Source of the DNA: Chiloscyllium plagiosum
Lineage: Eukaryota
Length of the DNA stretch: 64,000 nucleotides
Assembly (NCBI RefSeq): GCF_004010195.1
Contig: NC_057719.1
Span: 72,700,088 to 72,764,087, forward strand
Direction of reading: 5' to 3'
Below are positions 13,580 through 24,879 of the stretch, in pieces. The notes under the pieces were generated by a model. That model ran no database searches, was not told the DNA's origin, and saw nothing but the letters and a program-made list of their open reading frames with translations. Each line of letters starts with the position of its first letter. Position 1 is the first letter of the stretch. A program made the translations under genes and the position numbers.

Positions 13580-13832
13580 GAGGACTTGAATCTCAAATCA
13601 ACCCACCCAGTAGATTCAAACCCCAGTACCGCGCAGAGGACTTGAACCTCAACCCAAACCCAGCCCATGGGACTTGAACCTCAACCAAACCCACCCCAGG
13701 GGACTCAAACCTCAACCAAACCCACCCCAGGGGACTTGAACCTCAACCAAACCCACCCCAGGGGACTCGAACCTCAACCCAAATCCACACCAGGGGACTC
13801 GAACCCCAGTACCACATAGAGGACTCAAACTT
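13580..13832 (-). repeat. Tandem ~31-bp repeat array in the retroelement leader, each unit with a B-box-like GGTTCRAGTCC
   Basis: About 9 copies of ggactYRaacctcaaccaaacccacccca on +, at about 13582, 13612, 13638, 13670, 13701, 13732, 13763, 13795 and 13821; a shorter cttaaacacaga repeat lies at 13496-13566. Confidence 0.85.
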
Positions 13833-14100
13833 CAATCACCACTCGCCACCTGCCAAATACAGCACAGAGACCGCAAACCTCTGCCTCCCAGCACACTTGC
13901 GAAACTGTGTCTCTCGACTGAACTAATTACCATTTGACGAATCCGTAGAATAGAGAGCGACTGTGCGAGGGGACTGTCGCCGGCACACAGGAATATCGAG
14001 AGGGACCAAGGTTTAAAATCTTACCTTGTGGGCCCGTCCTGTCGAGACGGCGATGTTGCAGACGGCTGCTGACACCGTCCAATCATAACTATCCGTTTTG

Positions 14101-14118
14101 ATGCTGCCAGCTATGCCA
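14101..14118 (-). other. Primer-binding site, tRNA-Ser-like
   Basis: - strand TGGCATAGCTGGCAGCAT, 6 nt after the LTR end; 14/18 match to TGGCGTAGTCGGCAGGAT, the complement of a vertebrate tRNA-Ser 3' end as recalled. Confidence 0.7.
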
Positions 14119-14124
14119 ATATTG

Positions 14125-14653
14125 TGTCATCCCGTTTCCCCCCTCAGTTGAAGCAAAACACGCAGAGACACAACGTAGTTTTACCTCCTTCATCTTTATT
14201 CCGGCTCCTGGAGGGAGAGAGAACGATCACCCATGTGCACAGAGACATGAGTTCACGGTCTTCTCTGGAACAGCAGTTTCTCAATGAACTATATCATCTT
14301 TTTACATGGAGAAGCATCCAGATAAGGCAATATACATATTAATTGGGTGACCGTTACAGTCAACGAGTATCAATAGTAAAGATTAAGCCATCTGCTGTTA
14401 CACAATGAATAACTGACTTCACATAATAAATACATATCACCTTGTTAACTGACATTACATGCTGCACTCTACCTCATCTTGTTAAATGGGTCTACATAAT
14501 GAATGCTTTTCCATCTTGTTAACCCATTACCCTTGCTTCCAGCACCCCATTGTTAACTGTAAGTTGTTATCTGATCTGAGTCATGCTCAGCTGAACCACA
14601 AAACTCAGAACTTAACAGTTCCTCTGCCTGCTTATACTCTATACACATTCTCA
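14125..14653 (-). repeat. 5' LTR of the ERV-like element
   Basis: Direct repeat of 10320-10848, same length, TG...CA termini on the - strand, followed by the PBS. Confidence 0.92.
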
Positions 14654-16384
14654 ACTCTACATTCATATTTAATTGATCGATTTTCTAAATATTTCCCAAA
14701 AAAGATTTGCATTCTGACTGAAAGCAATGAAAAAAAAGTGAAATCTGTCCTATGTTATACATTGTCAAATGAAACAAATTATTATATGCATTAAAACAGT
14801 AAATAAACTTTCCTTATAAATACAAGTGAAACCAGGATGAGTAGATTATGTCTGGGCTTATTTCCACTGAACTCCAGAATTGAGTGGTGGATGTGGAAAC
14901 TATGTTTGCTCTTGTAGGTCAGTCCAGAACTAGAAGACAGTGTTTTACATTTAGGAGTCAGCCTTTTAAGACACGAGAATATATCTTTTCCTTTCACAAA
15001 GTTGTTCGACTTTACAATATTCTGCCTCAGAAGCCAATGGATGTGGGGTGTTCTGCAGACATTTTGTTACACATTGTGTGGGACAGCAATAACATGCAAG
15101 TCAGATCAAGGATAATGACAAACTTCCTTCCTTGAGTTCTGATGCAATTGGCTGCTTTCATGGTCATCTTTTTGTTACAAGTTGACAAGTAAAGATTTAC
15201 TGTACATGATCTCTCAGCTATCACCTTAGAGTAGCTGATACAGCATTGTAACCTCTAGACCATGATACTCAGGATATACCTGAAAGTGATTACATGATGT
15301 AATGATATACCCAAATCTGTTTTGCCTGATCGCTATTAGGGTCTGGAAGTCACAAATAAGTAACTGGCAGACAGTCTTGTTCTCTTTGAACACCTCCAAG
15401 ATATGGCTTACTTGCCCTAAAAAGAGGCTTTTAAATGACAAGAAAAATAAGTTTCAAAAGAATATTTTTGAATGTTAGAAAGCTAAACTACATGTCACCA
15501 TACAATGGAATGGAAAATAGTAAAGCGAGGGAGAGAAGCATCACTTTGAAACTTGCTCAATGGTTTTGTGGATAAATAATACCAAACTGACTCTCCAATC
15601 CTCTGAGGCGGATATTAAAGCTATCAATGCAATTAGCACGGTCCTTCTTTTCTGTACAGTTATTCAGTGGATCAATTTGCTAAGCATTGTGGAGTGTTTC
15701 TGACCTCTAAAAGCCAAAACATACTCTAGTATTATTGCCTAGTTTGTGCTAGTGTAGCTGGTACCATTCACTACGTGTCCCTCAACTTGAATTGAGCTGG
15801 AGAAAGAATAGGTGGAAAAAAAAGGCAGAACTTTCAATCACAATTTATACCCAATCACTGCTGCTGGAATATAGAGTGTGTTTTTTTTAATCTGAGGACA
15901 GTATCAGGATCTACAATGATGCAGATTCATATATTTTTAAACACTCTGCCAATCATTCAACTCACATAAAGAATGGCTTTCTGGGGACATTCTATGAAGT
16001 CCCTCAAAATGCTTAGCTCTGAACAACACTTGGAATTTCTTCTGTCGCCTTCATTTCCACATCCTGATTTTTAATCAAGATTTTCCCCACCAAAGATTTT
16101 CTCCCGACTTCAGAATTCTCTTTCCACTTGAATCTGATTTCTGATCTTTTACTCTCTTTAGATCCTGCAGTGAAAAATACAGGTCTTGATTCTTGTAATT
16201 AACATCAATATTAACAAAATATAACCATGTACAAGGGATGGTAAAGCAGAAAATCACCTAGGATCCTACAGATTCAGGCTCCAGTTCCATGTGTTCTGAC
16301 TTCACAATGACATAGCTTCTCAAACACATGCTCAAAAGCCACACAGAGGAAAAGGCATAGTTAATCTGTCAACACTTTCCTCAT

Positions 16385-16507
16385 TTCTGAAGGGCTCATG
16401 CCCGAAACGTCGATTCTCCTGCTCCTTGGATGCTGCCTGACCTGCTGCGCTTTTCCAGCAACACATTTTCAGCTCTGATCTGCAGCATCTGTAGTCCTCA
16501 CTTTCTC
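16385..16507 (+). mobile_element. Penelope-like element terminal fragment with a truncated hammerhead core
   Basis: ctgaagggctcatgcccgaaacgtcgattctcctg...cctcactttctc; flanking direct repeat ttaatctgtcaaca (16361-16374 and ~16509-16522). Confidence 0.75.
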
Positions 16508-17059
16508 ATTAATCTGTCAACAGCCAGTCCTACTGCCAGTTACTGTACATTACCCTCTTCAAGATTATCTTTTAACAATAATAACTTTACCCTTCACTTC
16601 CACATCCTTATTCTTCCCAAATGCCCAGAGTGGATTGACCCAAATGAAAATCACTGTCCCCTCCAATAAGAATTTGTCATACTTGTAAGGTTCAGTCTGT
16701 CTGGTGAACTGCTCTACTTGAGGTGTTACAGGCCTTCTTTGTGCTGTAAAATAGTGATAGGGCTTCATCCTAACACAATGCAGCTCTGTACGAGCCTGTA
16801 TCAAAGTTCTATGCTGACTATTATGTATGAGGTTGTACAAATCACTTACAAAACAACTAATGGCCTCTCCAAATCCTTGTTTTCCTTATTAAACTTTGCC
16901 CAGTCAATAATGGGGTTTCGTCTTCAGCTGAAATAGGAGTCGAATGTTTTAATTCCAATAATTGTAGGTTCCAATTTCTTTTGCCATGCCTTGTCTGCCA
17001 AGAACAACACTGCTGCTGAATGCATACAACAATCAAACTGTTTACATCAAGGCCTGAAC

Positions 17060-17734
17060 CAAGGGGAACCTTGGTTATCCGAATGAGATGGGCAGGCACT
17101 ATTTCGTTCAGATAACTGATTATTCGGTTAGATTCAGTGCCTTTCCTCTGGAGCTTTCTATTAAGTCTGCTCCCGTTCAGACAAGGCAGCAGCGCAGCCA
17201 CTACCCCCCCACCCACCCCTAATATCACCCCCTTCCGCCCACTCCCATTCCCTGCACGCACCCCCATCTGCCTCCCCCCATCCCCATCCCCTTCCACTCA
17301 CTCTCCTGGTCAGCCAGACTGGACACCAACAACAAGACTGCTGCTGCTACTGTCTTTTGGGAGTGAGGGGGGCGAGTCTCCAAATAGCACACACACACAA
17401 CTTTTTACTGCAACCTTCTGACAGGTTCCATCTTTGCCCTGTACAGGACAATGTTGGAGAGATTATCTGGGGAAGGGGGGTTTAGGGTACACCCTTGTGT
17501 ACAACTCCAGGGGAAGTGTGGGGAGGGGTGGGATGTCTGTCATTTAGAGATGGTGCCTGTGCTCCCATCGGTCCAGGACTGTTCTCGGCAGCACTTTTAA
17601 TCACTGTAAACAAAAGACATGATATCAGTGTTGGACACACATCTATGATGCATTGTTTCTTTTGGGACCTCAAGATCTCCTTCGGATAATCCAATTTTCA
17701 GATAACTGGCATTTGGATAATTGAGGTTCCTCTG
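17060..17734. mobile_element. Non-autonomous Tigger/pogo-like DNA transposon
   Basis: Imperfect TIRs caaggggaaccttggttatccgaa ... tttggataattgaggttcctctg followed by TA; subterminal ttcagataactg repeats at both ends. Confidence 0.6.
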
Positions 17735-17854
17735 TATACTGTAGTATCTGCTAAATAATCAGCACCGGTTTACCAAATGCAAGACCTGGTCAGGACCCTC
17801 CATGCAGGTTCCAATAAAGACAAGACATTTTCCATTATTAGTGGATTTTTTTTG

Positions 17855-18000
17855 TGGATTAGTGGTGCTGGAAGAGCACAGCAGTTCAGGCAGCATCCAA
17901 GGAGCTGCTCCTTGGATGCTGCCTGAACTGCTGTGCTCTTCCAGCACCACTAATCCAGAATCTGGTTTCCAGCATCTGCAGTCATTGTTTTTACCTCGTT
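17855..18000. mobile_element. Penelope-like insertion with an inverted segment (perfect 51-bp hairpin)
   Basis: Arms 17855-17905 and 17907-17957 with a 1-nt loop; flanking direct repeat gattttttttgtgg at 17844 and 18001. Confidence 0.75.
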
Positions 18001-20649
18001 GATTTTTTTTGTGGGCAATGGCAGCTGAAATGCCTCTTTTCTTTCCCGCGCTCTCCTTTTAATGTTGTGTTGGTTTCCTCTATTGTACTGTTATACCTCT
18101 CTGACCTACAGAAGTGACCAACTGGATTTTTAATTATTGCTTGCCACATTCCTTGCTGTGGGTGTCACACACACTCTTCGGGTATTGAGTTTAGATTTCA
18201 GTAAAGGATGAAAAATAGATTGATTAACGAGGGGAAGATAGAGCACAATACAAGCATACAGTGAGCATATAAACTGACTATGTAAGCTTGCATAGATACA
18301 TGAAGAGAAAAGGTTTAGTGAAAACAAATGTTGGTCCCTTACAATCAGTAATAGAAGTAGTTAGAATGGGGAACAAAGACAGCAGACCAATTAAATACAT
18401 TTTTTTTGGTTCTGTCTTCATTAAGGAAGACACAAACAACATCCTAAAATGTTGGAGAATATAGGGTCTAGTGAGAGGAAGGCACTGAAGGAAATCAGTA
18501 TTAGTATATGAACGTTAATGCCTGTGTGATGCCAAGTATACAGGCTATACAGCATAAAGGACTGGTGATCAGTTCTCACTGCTTATCTATTTGGATTCTC
18601 ACAACAAGCAAGTGACTAACCATACCCAACCAATCTGCACTTGTTAAACGCATCATCAAACATTAGATATGATTCTACAATTAGAACAATATTGGCTGCA
18701 CAATCCCAAGTGCACAAAAAAATTACACTAACAGCCAATTTAGGATTATATCCGTCAGATGTGTAATGTGGTACACTTGCATGCACTGGAAGACACATAT
18801 ATTAATACAAAGGGCTCTGTTCTTTGCAGATAAGAACATGCCCATGCATTGCACCCATTTCAATTCAGTTTGGCTAGTGGCCATGCTTTGGTCAAACTGC
18901 TCCTGTACAGCTTCAACAGTGGCATTTACTGGGCAATGTGGCAAATTGCCCAGGCATGCCTTTACACAAAATCCAGCCAAGTGAATTACTGCCCCTTAAT
19001 TCTATTCTTAATTATCAGTTGTGATGGAAGTAGTCATCTGCAATGCTATCAAGCAGCAAATGCTTCATAAAACCTATTCACTGGCACTCGGTTTGGGTTT
19101 CCCCAGGGACATTCAGCTCATCGCCTCCTTATACAGTTCAATTACAGACAAAGAAGCTGAACTCCAGAGGGGAGGTGAGAGGAACTGCCGTTGACATCAA
19201 AGTCACATTTGACAGAGTAAGGCATCAAGGAGTCTCACTAGTCGCAGCAAAACTAGTGTCAATGGGAATCAAGGGAAAAGTCTCTGCTGGTTTGATTCAT
19301 ACCTAGCACAAAGAAAAACATCTATGGGGGTTGCTGGAGGTCATTCATCTCATTACACTACATTCAGTATCACTTATTGCTCCTCAGGTGTTGGAACAGT
19401 TCATGAGATATGCAGTAAGACTTGGATAATACTCAGGCTTGGGCTAACAAGCGACATTCACACCACACAAGTACAAGGCAACGACCACCTCCAACAAAAG
19501 AATCTAACTATCACTTGACATGGACATTACCATCTCTGCATACCCCACCATCAATATCCTGGGCATTACCATTGACCAGAAACTGAACTAGAATACTGCA
19601 GTTTTATGAGACAATCTTATTGAGATTCTCAAGGGTTTTAATAAGGCAGACACATGCCAGAAAATCTAAAACATAGGGGTGCAATCTCATCATTTAGGAC
19701 TGAGATGAGAAATTACTTCACAAAAAGGTTTGCAAAAATTTGGAACTCTCGGTCCAAGAGGACTGCAGATGCTGCAAGTTCAATAAATTTAAAGGTGAGA
19801 CAGACAGATTTTTGGTCTCGAGATATTAAGAAAGTTGAGTTGAAGTCCATGAATAACAATGATTGCAATGAATGGCAGGAGGAGGTTCACAGCCTGTAAG
19901 TTTACTCATACTCCTTACTTAAGGACTAATAGTGCATCTTGTTAACTGAAAAGACTTTAAGAATTAGGAAAGTAACACAGCAAGATTCAAGGAAGGTGTC
20001 TTAAAGAAAGTAGAATCAATGCAAATCAGGTACAGAAAGAGAAGTAAAGATATTAAAGGAAAGGTCGAGGATTAAAAAAGGACTGAGAATGATAACAGGT
20101 GAGAAGGAATAAAATATGTAAGAGTTAACTTCCAGTGCTAGGATTATTTGTGAGCAATAATAACAATTACATTGTTAGAAGTTCATTTTATGAATTACTA
20201 GGCCTAAGTACTGCAAGTTTACTTAACATCTACCACACTACTACCGCAATTTCATGGTATTCATGTCAATCCTGATCTAAAAAGTGAAATGATGTTTTCA
20301 CAGGGCTAACAGCACAGCAGTACATCTTGCAAAGCTTATGCATGTGAGCAATTAACTGAAAATTTGCTTCTCACCTATTCCATTTATATATAATGAACAG
20401 AAAGCCTCAGTGGCTCTGCAAATATTTTGATAGCAAATTCTGATCCATCACGGATAAATTCTACAACTTTTAGCAAACTATTGGTTAATGACAGAACCCC
20501 CCCCCCCCCATTTTGGAATTAATTATAATAGAACAAACTGCGTACCAATGGTTTACCTGCTCGGAATTGCTTTTAAAATCAGCACTATCATCTTCCAAAT
20601 TGATACAATGCTTCACATGCATAAACAACTTTAAACCATTTAATCTGTT

Positions 20650-20970
20650 AGATTAGATTAGCTTCTCTACAGTGTGGAAACAGGTCCTTTGGCCCAACAA
20701 GTCCACACCAACCCTCCGAAGAGTAACCCACCCAGACCCATTTACCTCTGACTAATGCACCCAACACTATGGGCAATTTAGCTTGGCCAATTCATCTAAT
20801 CTACACATCTTTGAATTGTGGGAGGAAATCGGAGTACCCGGAGGAAACCCACGCAGACACTGGGAGAACGTGCAAATTCCACACAGACAGTCATTCGAGG
20901 CTGGAATCGAACCAGAGTGCCTGATGCTGTGAGGCAGCAGTGCTAACCACTGAGGCACAGTGCCATCCCT
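20650..20970 (-). mobile_element. HE1-type tRNA-derived SINE
   Basis: Reverse complement of gtggttagcactgctgcctcacagc...ggttcgattcc...gatgtgtagattag, with an (AATCT)n tail. Confidence 0.88.
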
Positions 20971-22139
20971 TCTACCATACTTTTGGAGCCAAATAGCTAA
21001 ACTGAATTAAAGGCTACAATTCAACATAAGGTAGAAAGGAATTCAGGAATGATAAAAACTCATATGATGAATACATACACAACTGTCAGCAAGTTTATAA
21101 GATTCTAACATGGGCCTTAAAATGGAATTAGAGAAGCACATGAACAGAACAAAAATTATTGGGCAACAGGATAAGGTTGGATGAATAGGAATAACAGAGC
21201 TGCTCTTACAAAACATTGATATATACCCAAGCTAAATTACCTTCTTCTATACTGTAACCTTTTTTATGACTCCAAGAATGTTAAAAATGCAGTTTAATTC
21301 AATTATACCACACAATAAAATGCATATCAAGTATTCCAACAAGGCTCAGAAATAATTTAAACTTAGTACATTTTTCAAGATGTACACATTGAATATTTGC
21401 CACAGCAAGTCACCATACAATAAAATGTGATATTGATTACTTCAGCTAAACATAATGGTAAAATTAGTGAGTGGCATGAACAAGATTTGACAACATGATT
21501 TCTGATTAGAAATTAAAGCAGCAAATTAGTCTTAAATTATAAGTTTTAAATATTCACCCTTCTGATATAAAATTTCAAGCGCAAATTATCATCAAATCCA
21601 ATACCTGAAGAATGATCACAGTCTATCATAATCAAGCTTAAAATATGGCAAAGATACTACCAACTCATGACTGACACCGCAACTGCTTTTCTTAATTCCA
21701 ATTATTGGATAGGAGCAGACTGAAGGAATTCAGAAAACAAAGCAAAATGGGAAAATAGTGAAAAAAACTGAATTGAAACATTTGAATTACAAGTGAAATG
21801 TATACCAACTACTCCACAAACTTCCAAAATTCAAATCCTGAACTAAATAATTTCTCAGATTAAACATCAATTCTCTTATTAAAACAAAAACAAATCAATT
21901 ATTCAGTTCAAGCAGATGGCTACCTTTAAGCCAGATGGTTCTGGACTTGAATCGCATAGCTCTTTGTTACTCAAAAAAGTACTAAGCTACTACTGGTAGA
22001 AAGTTTGTTAATTCTCAACAGCAAGATCAGACAGAAATGAGGTTCTCCACTTCAGCTCCAGGTACAAGAGCTACCTCAGACAGATACAAGTAAAATCATG
22101 AATGCTCAGTAGCTGATTCAGGATGAATGAGTCATAAAT

Positions 22140-22325
22140 GAAACAAAAACAGAAATTGCTGGAGAATCTCAGCAGGACTGGTGGCATCTATGGAGAGAAA
22201 GCAGAGTTAACATTTTCAGGTCTAGTGACCCTTCCTCAGAATACATTTTTGAGGTGCTGAGAGTAGAAGTTCTCCAGCAATTTCGGATTCTGTTTCAGAT
22301 TTCCAGCATCTGCAGTTCTTTGTTT
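22140..22325. mobile_element. Older Penelope-like terminal fragments in inverted arrangement
   Basis: aacagaaattgctggagaatctcagc...; - strand CTGAGGA AGGGTC ACTA GACCT GAAA; inverted copy at 22255-22325. Confidence 0.6.
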
Positions 22326-24879
22326 ACACACAAGTAAAGACAATCATAGCCTCCCAACTTGACATGCCGAGGCACCATGGAATTTCTGGAGAGGATAAAA
22401 GGAAGACAAAAAGGAAAAGCAAATCAAAAGGGGAGGCAGTGAGAAAGTCTAAAAGAAATGAGAGACAGTTAACTGGCAACAATTTCCAGAGAAGATGGTG
22501 AAATTACTCTTGCATTTAATAATTTTAAAATAAATACAAGAAACGCAATCAACACCATAAGATATCCTTTCTTCTTTACTATTTCTAAATTGGAATACTT
22601 CAAACAAATACCAGTCATCATTAGCTCACTATTACTCATCTCTACAGTTAGTCAGCTTGAAGGCATTCCCTTTATTTCTGACAGTGCCATTTTCATCTGT
22701 CAGCCCCACCAGAAATTTGCACAGCAAATAGATGCACATAAATTTCTTAACACTTTGAACAAAAACTGAAAATAGCATATCTCAGAGTGACAGTTATAAG
22801 CATATGGGAAGCTACAGTTCATCTATTTCCATGACACTTTCTCTTCATCCTACCTTCAACAGAAAAAAAAACACAAAAATGTTCTCCTGACCATTTATTT
22901 TATAACTGATCAAAAGCTAATTATTGTTTTATTCTGTCTAGCTTTAAGTCAAATATATTTCAATAACTGTGCATTGAAATTACCAAATTTAACTAATTTA
23001 GTGTAATTTTGAAAATAGTTAACATATTTAAGGAACTTAGATTTTGAAGCAATCTACTCTGGTTTGGCAATGCCTGCAAATCATTGAGAAAAAGAAGTCT
23101 TTTTTTTATAAAAGGGAAATAAAGATAAATAATAAATTGAATAACTGAATTAACAACAAACAGTAAAATGTCGGTAATGACTTTTACTTTCCCATAAATA
23201 TAAGGAGTAGACAATCCTTGGTCATATGCAATCCATACTGAAAGGATCAAACAGATTCAATTTAAAAAAAACATTTGCTTTTTTTCAAAACAACAAAAAG
23301 ACTGTATTTCTTAGAATGGAGTAATTATTTTGCGCCAAAATGGCCAACGGCGACGTGCAGATGGGGCCGGTGATATCAACTGTCCATGTCAGGCTTCAGG
23401 AGTTGCCTATGCATGTACTGCTGATGTCACCATGTGCAATGCCGTCAACACTAGTACATGTGCAGACTGCCCCATCTTTACTTCACATTAATTTATGTTT
23501 AGAAGCAATCCCGTGCTGCCATGGTTGCTTCTCACGCCAATTTATCCAGGAAGGGGGAGAAAACCTCAATTCGCCAAAATCCCTGATGCACGTATAATTA
23601 GAAGCAATCTATGTAATCAATGTGATTATATCACTGCCACCCATCTCACTGGATAGTGCTGTCACACTGCAGCGTCTATTCCTGAGCACTCAGTGCTCCA
23701 CCTGCTGCTGGTGTTCACAATAAAAACTGTCTTACTAGAAAGTCACATGCAAACGATCTTCAGGTTTAAGTCACAATTGCTATCAATAATTCAGTGGTCT
23801 CTCTGAAATAACAAATACTTTAAAATGCCAGCATTTCTGAAGTTGCTTAATATTTTCCTCATTTTGGATATAAAAACAAAATAGGACATTCATAATACAT
23901 GAATAAATACCCTTCATACTAATCAAAAACTCCCATTACTGTTAATAAAACATTGAAACAAGAGTGCAATAAGATTTCAGAGGTGAAACCTGTACTATCC
24001 ATTTATTTCATTCCCAGTGATGCCTCGGTAAGCCCATGTTTCAGGGTCATACAAATCAGGGCATCTTCAGGCTTAATTATTGTCATCTGCACTCAAGGGT
24101 TATCTAATATTAGGGATAGGCTGTTCAGACAAACAAAAAATTGACATGTCTCTGAATCCTGATGCAGCAATGCCTGCCAAATGTTGGCTGAAGCCTCCAT
24201 GCGATCAAACAATTTTATTAATACAAGGTCCAAGCATACAGTCTAATACAAAGTAACAGGTACTAGTTCAATTGTTCATTTCAAATCTGAAGTCAATGGA
24301 TTTTTGCTCAAGAATGCTGCAAGTAAAAATGACACCAAGGCAAATGGCTAGTTAACATCAGCCATGATCTCACTGAATGGCAGAAGATGGAGGAGTTATC
24401 TACTGCTGTTCCTACTTGAATAATGAATATTGTGTGAACAGCCCTCAGCAATAAAATCATATTTCTGAGTGGGCAAACACATGGCAGATGCAATACAACA
24501 TGGCTAATTGCAAAATTATACACTGTGGTGTGAAAACAGAAAGGAAGAATCATATTCAAACAGTAATATACAGTAAACTGTTTTAACCAGCGCCTTATCA
24601 ATCAGCACTCTTGATAAAATTATATACATCAAAAACCACAATCTACTGTCATGCCTGAGTATTTATGCTGTGAATAAAATATAACAGCGATATGCAATAC
24701 AGCCCCAGTAAGCAATGACTTACTATGCGTTTTTACATTAATTTTAGATGGTGTGTTGATGTTTTGAGGGATTTTGATTTTGAGAAGCTTCACTCAGTCA
24801 GGATTTACCGTGGTTATGTATATCTCTTGATGACCTGGAATGTTTGGTCAACTGGTCCTGGTCCCTTAGATGTAGTTTA

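Larger units (their letters stand above)
10320..14653 (-). mobile_element. Full-length non-autonomous LTR retroelement (ERV-like) carrying a captured RBPMS-family retrocopy
   Basis: Two 529-bp direct repeats (10320-10848, 14125-14653) reading TGAGAATG...ATGACA on the - strand; 4-bp TSD ACTC (10316-10319 and 14654-14657); PBS inside the 5' LTR; PPT abutting the 3' LTR. Confidence 0.92.

Noticed and set aside
13580..13832. Regular repeats resembling a CRISPR array or tRNA cluster
   Set aside because: The DNA is eukaryotic, there are no unique spacers, and there are no A-boxes or cloverleafs; it is a tandem minisatellite.
10183..14794. Similar ORF pairs 10183..10476 / 14124..14342 and 10690..10872 / 14486..14794 suggesting a duplicated gene
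   Set aside because: They are antisense translations of the two LTRs; starts, stops and frames are not conserved.
16857..17421. 146-aa and 94-aa G/P-rich ORFs
   Set aside because: They arise from the C-rich interior of a non-autonomous DNA transposon; no recognisable domain.
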